DNA of 59,934 nt, filler included, from 3 parts of 3 records of this genome joined end to end with filler, not necessarily neighbours in it; one strand, 5' to 3'; counted from the first letter of the whole stretch, positions 11,135-21,872 are shown. The notes: generated by a model from the letters alone, not told the origin. Program-made: numbers and translations.

Positions 11135-11932
11135 TTAATAACTTCTCATTATTAAATTTTCAAAAACTTTTTGCGGAAGAAGAAGTTTTAAGTAAGGAGC
11201 TATTTTCTCTATAAATGAACCTGCTATGTATTTTTTTTTTGGATTTTTAGAATTTATAATTTTAAAAATTAATTTTCCAATTAGCTTAGGGTCTGCCCCT
11301 GCATCAACGTGATTATTCATTAATCTTAGAGCTTTAGAGTAATTAAAATAATAGGGGGAGGATTTTTCAGATGATGCGTGGTATCTTCTTGATGCTATGT
11401 TAGTAGAAAATTCACCTGGAGCTACTGTGACTACTTTTATGTTAAATGGTTTAGCTTCCATATTTAAAGTTTCAGAAACTAAATCTAAAGCAGCTTTACT
11501 TGCACTATAAACAGACCTGTAAGGTGTACCAACATATGCTGCGAGTGATGTAATATTAATGATCAATCCACTTTTTTTAGATCGCATAATGGGAAGAACT
11601 TTTTTTAAAATATTTAATGGACCAAAAAAATTAGTTTTAAAATTATTCTCAATTTCTATTTCAGGGATTTCTTCCAATGGACCTGTGATGCCTACCCCAG
11701 CATTATTAATTAAAACATCAATACTACCTTCGATTTTAATTATTTCATCAATGCATTTATCAATACTAACCGAGTTGTTTACATTTAAACTTAATAATTG
11801 AAAATTTGAATCAATATATTTGGAAGGATCTCTACTTGTACCATAAACTTTAAAGTTTTTGTTACATAACAAATCTCCAATTGCTTTTCCTATTCCGGAG
11901 GAAGCACCTGTGATTAATATAACTTTTGACAT
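11135..11932 (-). CDS. Short-chain dehydrogenase/reductase
   Basis: TGASSGIG, NNAG and the YxxxK motif YSASK. Confidence 0.92.
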   Translation of the reverse strand: MSKVILITGASSGIGKAIGDLLCNKNFKVYGTSRDPSKYIDSNFQLLSLNVNNSVSIDKCIDEIIKIEGSIDVLINNAGVGITGPLEEIPEIEIENNFKTNFFGPLNILKKVLPIMRSKKSGLIINITSLAAYVGTPYRSVYSASKAALDLVSETLNMEAKPFNIKVVTVAPGEFSTNIASRRYHASSEKSSPYYFNYSKALRLMNNHVDAGADPKLIGKLIFKIINSKNPKKKYIAGSFIEKIAPYLKLLLPQKVFENLIMRSY

Positions 11933-11967
11933 CTGGTAAAATTATAATGGGAATATATAAAAAAAAA

Positions 11968-12061
11968 GGCAAGCTACCTACATCACACTGCTACAACCGT
12001 ATACCTTTGCTGTGTTCCCACTCTGGAGGATTAAACAGGAGCTAGTTGTGTAGGACTTGCC
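11968..12061 (-). ncRNA. ffs: Signal recognition particle small RNA (4.5S)
   Basis: The minus strand reads GGCAAG...CCAGAGTG-GGAA-CACAGCA...CTTGCC. The termini pair, domain IV has a GGAA tetraloop flanked by CAG/AGCA, and a U-run follows. It is a GC-richer island in AT-rich intergenic DNA. Confidence 0.88.
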
Positions 12062-12139
12062 GATGTAAATATACAAATGATTTATAATTGGTTAAGATTT
12101 TTTTAAGTTAATTTAAATAAATAAATTGCCAATATTCTA

Positions 12140-13177
12140 ATGATTATGACTTTAAAAATATTTCAAAATTTTCTACTATTATTTTTAATTAATTGTGGTA
12201 ATGTTGAAAATTCTAATTTAGATATCACCACCAATTTAAAAAATAAGATGAAAATTGACGAAACCTTTGTTTTCTCAATCAACGAAGCATCAGATTCTAT
12301 TAAGGTATTTAACAGAGGCAATTTAATTTACAATAATAAAAAAAGAGATAAAAAAAGTATCGAGATTGACTTAAAGAACTTTAGATTAGGCAAAAATAGC
12401 CTCAAAGTGATTTCTTATCATAAAAGTAACATTAAATCTAAAAATATTGATTTTATTGTTCTAAATGACAAAACTCCAGAAATTTACAACTATAAGATAA
12501 TCAATACATACCCACATAAAATTAATGCTTACACTCAAGGTTTAGAATTTAATAATGGATATTTATATGAAAGTACAGGAAAATATGGTAAGTCAAAATT
12601 AAAAAGAGTCAACTTTAAAACTGGCGACTCATATGAAGAGGTTAATTTATCAAACAAATATTTTGCTGAAGGAATAACTATCATTGATAATAAAATAATC
12701 CAACTTACTTGGAGAGAAAATACTGGTCTTATTTATAATCTACAAACATTAGATTTAATTGGTGATTTTAAATATAATAAAAGCAAGGAAGGTTGGGGAT
12801 TGTGCAATGATAGAAATAAAATATTTAAAAGTGATGGAACTGAAAATATTTGGATATTAGATTCAAAAACATTTGATGAAATTGATAATTTTCAAGTTTA
12901 CACAAATAAGGGGAAAGTTAATGGGCTAAACGAACTAGAATGGGTTAACGGAAAAATTTATGCTAATCGTTACGGCTTTAATGGAGTAGCAATTATCAAT
13001 CCAAATAATGGGGCTGTAGAAGGGGTGATTGACCTTTCAAGTTTAATAGAAAAAGTACAAAAACATGATAATTTAGATGTTTTAAACGGTATTGCATATA
13101 ACAATGTAACTAAAACCTTATTTGTCACTGGAAAAATGTGGAATAAGATATTTGAAATTGAAATTTTTAAAAAATAA
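12140..13177 (+). CDS. Glutaminyl-peptide cyclotransferase (beta-propeller type), probable lipoprotein
   Basis: Motifs YPH..AYTQGL, YESTG.YG.S, FAEG, EGWGL, LNELE and DVLNGIAY. Confidence 0.92.
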   Translation: MIMTLKIFQNFLLLFLINCGNVENSNLDITTNLKNKMKIDETFVFSINEASDSIKVFNRGNLIYNNKKRDKKSIEIDLKNFRLGKNSLKVISYHKSNIKSKNIDFIVLNDKTPEIYNYKIINTYPHKINAYTQGLEFNNGYLYESTGKYGKSKLKRVNFKTGDSYEEVNLSNKYFAEGITIIDNKIIQLTWRENTGLIYNLQTLDLIGDFKYNKSKEGWGLCNDRNKIFKSDGTENIWILDSKTFDEIDNFQVYTNKGKVNGLNELEWVNGKIYANRYGFNGVAIINPNNGAVEGVIDLSSLIEKVQKHDNLDVLNGIAYNNVTKTLFVTGKMWNKIFEIEIFKK

Positions 13178-13179
13178 AG

Positions 13180-14772
13180 ATGAAAAAGATATTTTCATTA
13201 TTGTTAAATATTATTATTATTATTTTCTGGAGTTCTTGTAGAGATGATTTTAATTTTAACATTACAGAAACTCAATTACAATTCTCAAAGGATACTGTCT
13301 ATTTAGATACTGTTTTCTCAAATATTGGATCTAGTACTTACAATTTAAAAGTTTATAATACTTCAAATGAAAATATTTTAATCCCTTACATAAATCTAGA
13401 AAATGGACAAGACTCTTACTATAGGTTAAATGTTGATGGTATGTATGAAAATCAGGGAAACGTTAGTAATTACTTTGAAAATATTGAATTACTTGCCAAT
13501 GACAGTTTATTTATTTTTATTGAAACTACAATAGATATAAATAATTTACCAAGTGAATCAAATCAATTTTTATACACTGATAAAATAAAGTTTGATACAG
13601 GTTATAATCTACAAACAGTAGATTTGATAACATTAGTTAAAGATGCAGTATTTATTTATCCAAATAAATACACTGACAGTAGTACAGGAGAAACAATAAT
13701 TGAAACATTAAATTTTGATATAAACAATGATGGTATTTCAGACGAAACAAATATTCAAGGACGATTTTTATCGGAAAACGAATTAAACTTTACAAATGAA
13801 AAACCATATGTTATTTATGGATATGCAGGTGTGCCAAGTAATAGTATTTTAACAATAGATAAGGGTGCTAGAGTTCATTTTCATTCCAACTCAGGGATAC
13901 TTGTAACTAGTGAAGGATCTATACAAGTTAATGGCGAATTTAGTCAAGATCAAGAAGTATTAGAAAATGAAGTTATTTTTGAAGGAGATAGGCTTGAAAA
14001 TAGCTTTGCAAACACACCTGGTCAATGGGGCACTATTTGGCTATTTAGTGGAAGCACCAATAATATTATAAATTTCTCTACAATAAAGAATGCAACTATA
14101 GGTATTTATGCAGAGAATCAATTAAATACCAATACCAATCAGCTAACCATAAATAATTCTAAAATATATAATTCAAGTAATTTTGGAGTTTTAGCAAAAT
14201 CCTCATCTATTACAGCTAGTAATTTAGTTATTAATAAAAGTGGACAATCTTCATTTGCTGCTACTTACGGAGGACAATATGAGCTAAATCATTGTACTAT
14301 AACAAATTTTTGGAATAATAGTTTTAGACAATTTCCAAGTTTATTAATAAACAATTATTGGATTGACAGTAATGGAAATGTACTAAATAACTCAAACTTA
14401 AATTTTAATATTAACAATAGTATTATTAGTGGTAATGAAAACATTGAATTTTTAATTGAACAATTTGATGATTCAAATCTGAATTTTAAATTCAAAAATT
14501 GTATGATGAAGTTTAATGACTACAATGAGATATTTACAGGACAAAACAATTATGACTTTTTAAATTTAGAAAAATATGAAAATATTTATCTGAACTTAAA
14601 TACAGATTTTAAAAATGAATATAATAATGAACTATTTATTTTACAAAATTCTGAAGTTATTAATCTGGGAGATCAGCAATTAGCAGCTATTTACCCACTA
14701 GATTTACTTAATGTAAATAGAGAAAATTCGCCTGACTTAGGCGCCTACCAACACGTCATAATAGAGGATTAA
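13180..14772 (+). CDS. Conserved flavobacterial lipoprotein with Ig-like and parallel beta-helix regions
   Basis: Lipobox FWSSC, FSKDTVYLDTVF, FEGDRLE...PGQWG and C-terminal PDLGAYQ. Asn-rich repeats suggest a beta-helix. Confidence 0.65.
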   Translation: MKKIFSLLLNIIIIIFWSSCRDDFNFNITETQLQFSKDTVYLDTVFSNIGSSTYNLKVYNTSNENILIPYINLENGQDSYYRLNVDGMYENQGNVSNYFENIELLANDSLFIFIETTIDINNLPSESNQFLYTDKIKFDTGYNLQTVDLITLVKDAVFIYPNKYTDSSTGETIIETLNFDINNDGISDETNIQGRFLSENELNFTNEKPYVIYGYAGVPSNSILTIDKGARVHFHSNSGILVTSEGSIQVNGEFSQDQEVLENEVIFEGDRLENSFANTPGQWGTIWLFSGSTNNIINFSTIKNATIGIYAENQLNTNTNQLTINNSKIYNSSNFGVLAKSSSITASNLVINKSGQSSFAATYGGQYELNHCTITNFWNNSFRQFPSLLINNYWIDSNGNVLNNSNLNFNINNSIISGNENIEFLIEQFDDSNLNFKFKNCMMKFNDYNEIFTGQNNYDFLNLEKYENIYLNLNTDFKNEYNNELFILQNSEVINLGDQQLAAIYPLDLLNVNRENSPDLGAYQHVIIED

Positions 14773-14776
14773 TCTA

Positions 14777-16048
14777 TTAAGAAAATAGAGGGAATTTACT
14801 CATCATAGAATTTACCTCTTTACAAATATCCTTTAATTTAGTTTCATTATCAAAATTCATTATTGCCTGATCTATAAAATTCACAATTTTCAACATATCA
14901 TTTTCAACAAGTCCTCTTGTAGTAATAGCTGCAGTCCCCACTCTAATGCCTGAAGTTATAAATGGAGATTTATCATCAAAAGGAACCATATTTTTATTTA
15001 CTGTAATATCTGCTAAACCTAAAGCATACTCAGCTGTCTTACCATCAATATTTTTATTTCTAAGGTCAATTAACATCATGTGATTATCAGTTCCGTTTGA
15101 AATAATATTATATCCTCTTTTAATAAACTCATCAGCCATTACATTAGCATTTTTTTTGACTTTTAAAATATAATGCATAAAATCATCTTGAAGGGCCTCT
15201 TTAAAAGCTATAGCTTTAGCAGCTATTACATGTTCTAACGGACCACCTTGATTACCAGGAAATATAGCTAAATCAAGTAAGGAGGACATTTTTTTTAATT
15301 TTCCACTTTTAAATTTAACTCCAAAAGGATTTTCAAAATCTTCACCCATTAGAATTAACCCTCCTCTAGGTCCCCTCAAAGTTTTATGAGTTGTAGTTGT
15401 TACAATGTGACAATATGGAATAGGATCATTTAAAATACCCTTTGCAATTAAACCTGATGGATGAGAAATATCTCCTAGTAATATTGCACCGACACTATCA
15501 GCAATTAATCTAAATCTCTCATAATCAATATCTCTTGAATAAGCAGAAGCACCAGCAATAATTAGTTTAGGTTTTTCTTTAGTAGCAATTTCTTGTATTT
15601 TGTCATAATTTAAAACACCTGTATTCTTATCAACTCCATAAAAAACTGGATTATATAGTTTTCCAGAAAAATTAACAGAGGAACCGTGTGTTAAATGTCC
15701 TCCATGTGAAAGATCAAAACCTAAAATTTTATCACCAGCATTCAAACAAGCAAAAAATACTGCAGAATTAGCTTGACTACCTGAGTGGGGTTGAACATTA
15801 GCCCAACATGCTCCAAAAAGTTCTTTAGCTCTTTCTATAGCCAATAACTCTATTTTATCTACAACTTCACAGCCACCATAATACCTCTTTCCAGGGTAAC
15901 CCTCTGCATATTTATTAGTCAATACAGAACCAGTAGCTTTCATTACACTATCACTAGTAAAGTTTTCGGATGCGATAAGCTCAATACCTTTAGTCTGTCT
16001 AGTCTTTTCTTCATTAATTAAATCAAAAATTATTTTATCTTTTGACAT
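14777..16048 (-). CDS. glyA: Serine hydroxymethyltransferase
   Basis: [22 protein letters not shown] and [14 protein letters not shown] (PLP lysine). Confidence 0.98.
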   Translation of the reverse strand: MSKDKIIFDLINEEKTRQTKGIELIASENFTSDSVMKATGSVLTNKYAEGYPGKRYYGGCEVVDKIELLAIERAKELFGACWANVQPHSGSQANSAVFFACLNAGDKILGFDLSHGGHLTHGSSVNFSGKLYNPVFYGVDKNTGVLNYDKIQEIATKEKPKLIIAGASAYSRDIDYERFRLIADSVGAILLGDISHPSGLIAKGILNDPIPYCHIVTTTTHKTLRGPRGGLILMGEDFENPFGVKFKSGKLKKMSSLLDLAIFPGNQGGPLEHVIAAKAIAFKEALQDDFMHYILKVKKNANVMADEFIKRGYNIISNGTDNHMMLIDLRNKNIDGKTAEYALGLADITVNKNMVPFDDKSPFITSGIRVGTAAITTRGLVENDMLKIVNFIDQAIMNFDNETKLKDICKEVNSMMSKFPLFS

Positions 16049-16114
16049 AGAATCAATTATTATTTATTACAATCCAAAAATAAACAAATGATAAGTTTAA
16101 TAATGCAAAAATCC

Positions 16115-16122
16115 TATATTTG
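16115..16122 (+). promoter_or_regulatory. Bacteroidota -7 promoter element (TATATTTG) upstream of smpB
   Basis: Exact TAnnTTTG match in the divergent glyA/smpB intergenic region. Confidence 0.55.
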
Positions 16123-16168
16123 GTATCTTAGTTATTAAAAACTAATTAACAATAACCAGTTTTATAAA

Positions 16169-16630
16169 ATGAAGAATAAAATAAATATTACAAATAAAAA
16201 AGCAAAATTTGAATATGAGATTTTAGATAAGTATAATGCTGGAATTGTACTAACTGGGTCAGAAATTAAATCAATACGGCTTGGAAAAGCATCAATTGCT
16301 GAGAGCTTTTGTGAATTTAATGATTCTATCGAACTATTTATTGTTAATATGACAATTGAGAACTATTCATTCTCTTCTGCTTTTAATCAAATCCCTAAGT
16401 CAACCAGGAAGTTATTATTAAATAAAAAAGAGCTTTTAAAGCTCAATAAAAGTGTCAAAAATTCTGGTCTTACAATAATACCTCTAAGGGTATACTTGAG
16501 TGACAAGGGATTAGCTAAGATTGAAATAGCTTTAGCTAAAGGAAAGAAACTTTATGATAAAAGACAAACTTTGATCGATCGAGATAACAAAAGAAATCTT
16601 GATCGAATTAAAAAAGAAAATAAAAATTAA
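16169..16630 (+). CDS. smpB: SsrA-binding protein
   Basis: NKKAKFEY, AGIVLTGSEIKS, RKLLL and KGKKLYDKR. Confidence 0.97.
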   Translation: MKNKINITNKKAKFEYEILDKYNAGIVLTGSEIKSIRLGKASIAESFCEFNDSIELFIVNMTIENYSFSSAFNQIPKSTRKLLLNKKELLKLNKSVKNSGLTIIPLRVYLSDKGLAKIEIALAKGKKLYDKRQTLIDRDNKRNLDRIKKENKN

Positions 16631-17268
16631 TTTTTTTCTTTCAATAAAGGCACAAATTTAAACTCACCAAATTCATTTTTTTTAAATTTTTTTTCTGAAA
16701 TTCTTGTTATTAAAGTCATTATCTGAGTTTTTTCTCCAACTGGAATTACAAGTTTTCCGCTAATCTTTAGTTGATTAAGCAAATTCTTAGGAATAAATGG
16801 TGCTCCTGCAGTAACTAATATGGAATCGTATGGCGCTTCACTTTCGTAACCTCTATAACCATCACCAAAAATTAATTTTTTTGGATGGCAACCAATTTTT
16901 GGTAAAAATAAACTTGTTTTTTTGAATAATTCCTTTTGTCTTTCGATAGAATAAACAATAGCTCCCAATTCACATAATACAGCTGTTTGATAACCACTAC
17001 CGGTTCCAATCTCTAATATTTTATCTCCTTTTTTTACATTTAATAGTTCAGATTGAAAAGCAACTGTGTATGGTTGGGATATTGTTTGTCCAGCTCCAAT
17101 GGGAAAAGCTTTGTCTTGATAAGCATGGTCAATAAAACTAGAGTCCATAAATAAATGTCTTGGAATTGATTCAATAGCATTTAAAACACGTAAATCTAAT
17201 ATACCTTTACTTTTTACTTCTGAAGCTAGTTTATTTCTTAATCCCTTATGTTTGAATGTGTCTTTCAA
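16627..17268 (-). CDS. pcm: Protein-L-isoaspartate O-methyltransferase
   Basis: QTISQP, ILEIGTGSGYQ, APYDSILVTAGA and FVPL. Confidence 0.95.
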   Translation of the reverse strand: MKDTFKHKGLRNKLASEVKSKGILDLRVLNAIESIPRHLFMDSSFIDHAYQDKAFPIGAGQTISQPYTVAFQSELLNVKKGDKILEIGTGSGYQTAVLCELGAIVYSIERQKELFKKTSLFLPKIGCHPKKLIFGDGYRGYESEAPYDSILVTAGAPFIPKNLLNQLKISGKLVIPVGEKTQIMTLITRISEKKFKKNEFGEFKFVPLLKEKN

Positions 17269-17359
17269 GTTTATAAAAGTAAAGATATTTGCATTAAAAT
17301 TCTAAGTTATTTATGCTTATAAAAATATTACATTTGTATTAGATTTTTAATATATACAA

Positions 17360-18250
17360 ATGCAGAAAAATATTGTCGTCATTGGAGCAGGAACCATGGG
17401 TAATGGTATTGCTCATACATTTGCACAAAACAACTTCAAAGTTGAACTAGTAGATGTAAACATCAAGTCATTAGACAAAGCAATTCAAACAATATCTAAT
17501 AATTTAGATAGAATGATAATTAAAGAAAAAATATCAGATTTAGAAAGAAGAAACACTCTAAAAAATATCACTAAAAAAACTACAATAACTAGCACCTCCA
17601 AAAACGCGATACTAGTTATTGAAGCAGCTACTGAAAATTTAGAATTAAAACTTCAAATATTTAAAGATTTAGACAAACATTACGATCAAAGCACAATTTT
17701 GGCCTCAAATACCTCTTCAATTTCTATAACTCAAATTGCTTCATCTACAAAAAGACCGAATAAAGTTATAGGGATGCATTTTATGAATCCAGTTCCTTTA
17801 ATGAAACTCGTTGAAGTCATTAAAGGTTATGAAACTGATTTAGAAACATTAGAGTTTATTAATAATATTACAAAAAAAATTAATAAAACAGCAGTTGAAG
17901 TAAATGACTATCCAGGTTTTATTGCCAATAGAATTTTGCTACCAATGATTAATGAAGCTATTGAATCTCTACATCATGGAGTTAGTTCAGTAAAAAATAT
18001 TGATGAAATAATGAAATTAGGAATGGGACATCCAATGGGTCCACTACAATTGGCAGATTTTATAGGTTTAGATGTTTGTCTGTCTATATTAGATGTAATG
18101 TACGAAGGCTTCAAGAGTCCAAAATATGCAGCTTCACCACTACTTAAAAATATGGTATTAGCAGGTAAATTAGGAATTAAATCAAATGAAGGTTTTTATG
18201 ATTATTCCAATAACAAAAAAGCTGAAGTCGTTTCTAAACAATTTCAATAA
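17360..18250 (+). CDS. hbd: 3-hydroxybutyryl-CoA dehydrogenase
   Basis: GAGTMGNG, ASNTSS, GMHFMNP, PGFIANR and HPMGPL. Confidence 0.92.
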   Translation: MQKNIVVIGAGTMGNGIAHTFAQNNFKVELVDVNIKSLDKAIQTISNNLDRMIIKEKISDLERRNTLKNITKKTTITSTSKNAILVIEAATENLELKLQIFKDLDKHYDQSTILASNTSSISITQIASSTKRPNKVIGMHFMNPVPLMKLVEVIKGYETDLETLEFINNITKKINKTAVEVNDYPGFIANRILLPMINEAIESLHHGVSSVKNIDEIMKLGMGHPMGPLQLADFIGLDVCLSILDVMYEGFKSPKYAASPLLKNMVLAGKLGIKSNEGFYDYSNNKKAEVVSKQFQ

Positions 18251-18255
18251 TAATT

Positions 18256-18903
18256 ATGAGTATAAATAAACAAATAGATTTAATTAATGAACAAATTGGA
18301 AAAAACGTCTCTCTTGTTGCTGTTTCAAAAACTAAATCTGAATTAAAAATTAAAGAAGCATATGATAGCGGCCAAAGAGTTTTTGGTGAAAATAAAGTTC
18401 AGGAGCTGGTTTCAAAACAAAACAATTTACCTAAAGATATTAGTTGGCATATGATTGGGCATTTACAACGTAATAAAGTAAAATACATAGCTCCGTTTAT
18501 AAATTTAATACACGGAGTTGATAACATTAAGTTATTGAAAGAGATAAATAAGCAAGCCAGAAAAAATGACAGAATAATTGATTGTTTAATTCAAGTAAAA
18601 ATTTCTAGTGAAGATAGTAAGTTTGGTATTGATTATAAACAAGCTAATGAATGGTTAACAACAGACTTACTAATAGATTTTAAAAATATTAGAATAACAG
18701 GTTTTATGGGGATGGCAAGTAACACGAATAATGAATTAAAACTAACAAAAGAATTTAGTAAATTGAATAATTTCTTTAATAAACATCAAAATACAAACAT
18801 AAAGATATTATCGATGGGCATGAGTAACGATTATCTTTTAGCAATCAAAAATGGCAGTAATATGATTAGAGTTGGAAGCAATATCTTTGGAGAAAGAAAA
18901 TAA
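18256..18903 (+). CDS. yggS: PLP homeostasis protein YggS
   Basis: LVAVSKT, FGENKVQE, WHMIGHLQRNK, LSMGMS and RVGS.IFG. Confidence 0.96.
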   Translation: MSINKQIDLINEQIGKNVSLVAVSKTKSELKIKEAYDSGQRVFGENKVQELVSKQNNLPKDISWHMIGHLQRNKVKYIAPFINLIHGVDNIKLLKEINKQARKNDRIIDCLIQVKISSEDSKFGIDYKQANEWLTTDLLIDFKNIRITGFMGMASNTNNELKLTKEFSKLNNFFNKHQNTNIKILSMGMSNDYLLAIKNGSNMIRVGSNIFGERK

Positions 18904-18912
18904 AAAATTATC

Positions 18913-20274
18913 ATATACAGTATTGTAGATATAGAGACAACTGGTGGCAAATTCAATGAAGAAGGAATTACAGAAATTGCTATCTATAAATTTGATGGGA
19001 CTGAAATAATTGATAAATTTATTTCATTAATTAATCCAGAAAAAAATATTCAACCTTTTGTAGCTAATCTAACTGGAATAAATAATAAAATGCTACGTAA
19101 TGCTCCCAAGTTTCATGAAGTAGCTAAAAGAATATTAGAAATAACTGAAGACACTATATTTGTAGCTCATAATACTTCATTTGATTATAGAGTTTTAAAG
19201 ACCGAATATAATAGACTGGGTTATAATTTTAAAAGAAATACCTTATGCACTTTAGAATTGTCTAAAAAATTAATTTTAGATGTAAATTCATATAGCTTAG
19301 GCAAGCTAACCAAGCAGTTAGGTATTCCTCTTACACAAAGACACAGAGCAAGCGGCGATGCATTAGCTACAGTCAAATTATTTAAGCTACTACTAGATAA
19401 AGATTTAGATAAAAATATTATTATAAAAAATATTAAAAATACTAGTAAATCTAATTTACCTAACAAACTAAATGAAATTTTAGATGAATTACCAAGTTCA
19501 ACAGGGATATATTATTTACACAATAAAAATTCCGAAATAATATATATAGGTAAAAGCAAAAACATAAAAAAAAGAGTTAATCAACATTTTACTGGAAAAG
19601 ACCGTAAGTCACAAAAGTTACAAATTAACACAGTTACTGTCAGTTACGATGAAACTGGAAGTGAATTAATAGCTTTACTTAAAGAGAGCAATCAAGTTAA
19701 ATTACATAAACCTATTTTTAACAGAAAGTTACGCAAGACTATATATCCTTACGGACTTTATAAAAGTATTGATAAAAATAATTATATAAATCTAAGTATT
19801 TCTAAAATTAGTTCTGGTAGAAATCCTTTAACAACATTTAAAAATATTAATAATGGATTCTCTTTTTTAAACAAACTAATAGATAAAAATGATTTGTGTC
19901 AAAAACTCTGTGGAGTATATAAGTCCAACAATAATTGCTTTAGATATTCAATAAATGAATGCTATGGTGCATGCATAAATATTGAAAAACCTGATCAATA
20001 TAACGAAAGAATTCATAAAGCTATTAAATATCTAAATTTTGAAAATAAAAATTTTGCTATAATAGATAAAGGACGAAATATCGATGAAAGTAGTTTTGTT
20101 TTAGTTGAAAACGGCTTGTTTATTGGTTTGGGATATTTTAATTTAAACTTTCAAATAAATAACATAAAGGTTTTAAAGAAAATTATAATTTCAATGGAGC
20201 ACAATAAAGACAATCAACAAATAATTCAAAGTTTTTTAAGAAAAGCCAAAGGAATTAAGATTTTAAATTATTGA
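18913..20274 (+). CDS. DnaQ-like DEDDh exonuclease fused to a UvrC-like GIY-YIG domain
   Basis: The frame is open 59 codons upstream of the track ATG (19090) and supplies the ExoI motif IVDIETTG. It also contains VAHN..FD, HRA.GDA and GIYY...IYIGKS. The start is apparently ATA at 18913. Confidence 0.85.
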   Translation: MYSIVDIETTGGKFNEEGITEIAIYKFDGTEIIDKFISLINPEKNIQPFVANLTGINNKMLRNAPKFHEVAKRILEITEDTIFVAHNTSFDYRVLKTEYNRLGYNFKRNTLCTLELSKKLILDVNSYSLGKLTKQLGIPLTQRHRASGDALATVKLFKLLLDKDLDKNIIIKNIKNTSKSNLPNKLNEILDELPSSTGIYYLHNKNSEIIYIGKSKNIKKRVNQHFTGKDRKSQKLQINTVTVSYDETGSELIALLKESNQVKLHKPIFNRKLRKTIYPYGLYKSIDKNNYINLSISKISSGRNPLTTFKNINNGFSFLNKLIDKNDLCQKLCGVYKSNNNCFRYSINECYGACINIEKPDQYNERIHKAIKYLNFENKNFAIIDKGRNIDESSFVLVENGLFIGLGYFNLNFQINNIKVLKKIIISMEHNKDNQQIIQSFLRKAKGIKILNY

Positions 20275-21185
20275 TGATGAATAAATATCTTATATCAATT
20301 CTTGGGCCCACGGCAATTGGTAAAACAAAATTAGCCATAGAATTAGCAGAAAAATATGGCACAGAGATAATATCAGCTGATTCTAGACAGTTTTACAAAG
20401 AATTGAATGTTGGGTCAGCTAAACCTTCAAATGTAGACTTAAATAGGGTTAAACATCACCTAATAAATAATAAAAGTGTGAAGGATAGTTATTCTATAGG
20501 TGATTTTGAAAAAGATGCTCTTAATAGCATTTCAAAAATTCATAAAAAAACAGATTTAGCAGTTCTTGTAGGTGGATCTGGATTATATTTAGATGTTATT
20601 AATTACGGATTAGATCAAATCCCCAAAAGCGATGAAAAAGTTAGAGACTTTTTAAATAATGAATTTAAAATAAGAGGTCTTAAACATATGCAAAATGAGT
20701 TAAAAGAAAAGGATTTAATTTCTTTTAAAAATATTGATTTAAATAATCATAGAAGAATTATAAGAGCATTGGAGGTCACTATTTCTAGTGGTAAGCCATA
20801 TTCTTCTTTCCTGAAAAAAGATTACACTGTACGTAATTTCAAAAAAATACAAATTGGACTAAGAGATGAACGAGAGATGATATATGAAAGGATAAATACA
20901 AGAGTTGACAATATGATAAATGAAGGATTAATTAAAGAAGCTATTGATTTAATTAGTTATAAAAATCTTAACAGTTTAAATACAATAGGTTACAAAGAAA
21001 TTTTTAATTTTTTAGATGGAAAATCAAATTTAGATCAAGCAATTAATGAGATTAAAAAAAATACAAGAAGATTTGCAAAAAGACAAATGACATGGTTTAA
21101 CTCCAATAAAGATATAACTTGGTTTAAAACAAACTATAAAATTGAAGATATAGTTAAATGTATAGATAACTTAATTACTGACTAA
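20274..21185 (+). CDS. miaA: tRNA dimethylallyltransferase
   Basis: GPTAIGKT, ISADSRQ, VGGSGLY and TRRFAKRQ.TWF. Confidence 0.97.
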   Translation: MMNKYLISILGPTAIGKTKLAIELAEKYGTEIISADSRQFYKELNVGSAKPSNVDLNRVKHHLINNKSVKDSYSIGDFEKDALNSISKIHKKTDLAVLVGGSGLYLDVINYGLDQIPKSDEKVRDFLNNEFKIRGLKHMQNELKEKDLISFKNIDLNNHRRIIRALEVTISSGKPYSSFLKKDYTVRNFKKIQIGLRDEREMIYERINTRVDNMINEGLIKEAIDLISYKNLNSLNTIGYKEIFNFLDGKSNLDQAINEIKKNTRRFAKRQMTWFNSNKDITWFKTNYKIEDIVKCIDNLITD

Positions 21186-21872
21186 TCTAAACCCTTCACC
21201 ATGAATATTGATAATCTCAACGGACTCATCATTTTTCAGATATTTTCTTAATTTAGCTATATAGACATCCATACTTCTAGAAGTGAAATAGTTATCATCT
21301 CTCCAAATTTTGGTTAAAGCTAATTCTCTTGGCATAAGATCATTTTTATATAGTATCAACATTTTTAATAATAAATTCTCTTTGGGAGATAGCTTAACAG
21401 GAGTATTATCTAAATAGGATAAATGTCTTAATTTTGAATTGAGATGAAAACTACCAAAATTAAATTCAAATTCAGATGTTTCAACAATTGAAGTTCTAGT
21501 ATTTCTATTAATAATAGCGTTGATTTTCATTAACAAAACCTCACTATCAAAAGGTTTTTTTAAATAATCATCAGCACCAACTCTATACCCCTTTAATACA
21601 TCTTCTTTTAAAGATTTCGCTGTTAAAAATATAATTGGAATGTCAGGGTTCTTTTCTTTAATTTCCTTTGCTAGAGTAAAACCATCTTTATATGGCATCA
21701 TAACGTCAAGAATACAAAGATCAAAATCATTCTTTTTAAACTTTTCAAATCCTTCCATTCCATTTTTAGCATGAGTTACGTCATAATTATTTATAATTAA
21801 ATAATCTCTTAAGATAATTCCAAAATTTTGGTCATCTTCAACTAATAAAATTCTATTATTTGTATCATTCAT
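21171..21872 (-). CDS. OmpR-family response regulator (RprY-like)
   Basis: Receiver domain (LLVEDD, LDVMMP, FLTAK, KPF) plus a winged helix (RSMDVYIAKLRK, HGEGFRL). Confidence 0.92.
   Translation of the reverse strand: MNDTNNRILLVEDDQNFGIILRDYLIINNYDVTHAKNGMEGFEKFKKNDFDLCILDVMMPYKDGFTLAKEIKEKNPDIPIIFLTAKSLKEDVLKGYRVGADDYLKKPFDSEVLLMKINAIINRNTRTSIVETSEFEFNFGSFHLNSKLRHLSYLDNTPVKLSPKENLLLKMLILYKNDLMPRELALTKIWRDDNYFTSRSMDVYIAKLRKYLKNDESVEIINIHGEGFRLVSN

Noticed and set aside
18256-20274. YggS-exonuclease readthrough fusion (same frame, single TAA)
   Set aside because: YggS ends at its normal C-terminus (IFGERK), UAA is an efficient stop, and a shared frame has a 1-in-3 chance. A non-canonical start is simpler.
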